Positions 63,635 to 64,000 of a DNA stretch of 64,000 bases are shown here, in pieces; positions within the stretch are counted from its first letter, which is position 1; each line of letters opens with the position of its first letter. Both the position numbers and the translations under genes were made by a program. The notes below the pieces were generated by a model, which saw only the letters and a program-made list of their open reading frames with translations, did no database searches and was not told the origin of the DNA. The DNA comes from Diplonema japonicum (Eukaryota > Protista > Euglenozoa: Diplonemea): NCBI GenBank assembly GCA_964019335.1, contig OZ025669.1:124001-188000 (forward strand), read 5' to 3'.

Positions 63635-64000
63635 TTTTCTTTTTCCCCCTCCGAACTTGTGCTCATGAAAAAAATAGTTTTCTTATCCATAAAAAAAAAA
63701 AAAAAAAAAAAAGGCAATGACAGTACCGGAAGTGGCTGGGAGGGGTGGGGATAGGGGAAGAACAGAAGAAAAAAAAAGAATGTGTGAAAGACGGTGGTGA
63801 GTGATTCATGTGGAAAGAAGGGAAAAGGTGTGACCGACACCCCTTCACTATAGCCAAGGGAAAGAACTTAAAAACAAAAAAAAAACGAAAAGCAAACTAA
63901 AATTAAAGACACCCCCCCTCCCCCCGCATCATTCCGCGGGGAAAAAAACAAAACTCCCTGGCAGAAGTTATCTTTATTACATGGCACAATACTGTAAAAC

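Noticed and set aside
116-63668. Numerous plus-strand ORFs (e.g. 3687-4472, 21906-22856, 58352-59191)
   Set aside because: Antisense shadows of minus-strand genes with no recognisable motifs.
1-64000. CRISPR arrays, tRNA, rRNA and SL RNA genes
   Set aside because: I saw no regular repeat-spacer array, cloverleaf, rRNA signature or SL exon by eye.

Overview
Eukaryotic nuclear DNA, most likely a euglenozoan and probably a diplonemid (inferred from gene organisation, not proven). About 22 protein-coding genes all lie on the minus strand, in tight blocks with spacers often only 77-131 nt, as expected for a polycistronic, trans-spliced cluster. Several apparent ORF breaks are explained by 14 tiny GT-AG introns (32-53 nt; 13 start GTATG). 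Splicing them joins separate ORFs into single genes. Housekeeping genes include RBM19/MRD1, a PMP34-like carrier, PIG-N, XAP5 and a SNF1-like kinase. The unusual architectures are: a polycystin-2 channel with a ProX/OpuAC-like solute-binding domain inserted in its TOP domain; Cdc14 fused to a dynein microtubule-binding-like domain; a PAM2-bearing, catalytically substituted Trf4-type poly(A) polymerase; a 2271-aa adhesin with bacterial-style repeats; and a three-gene block of an MLKL-like/NB-ARC/TPR NLR-like protein, a Tudor pseudo-metacaspase and a PB1 pseudo-calpain. Long spacers (7.0-8.0, 24.7-31.0, 40.1-43.4, 50.0-50.9 kb) are rich in homopolymer runs. They contain retroposon remnants and islands that fold preferentially on the minus strand. 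All domain calls are by-eye motif recognition; no searches were run.
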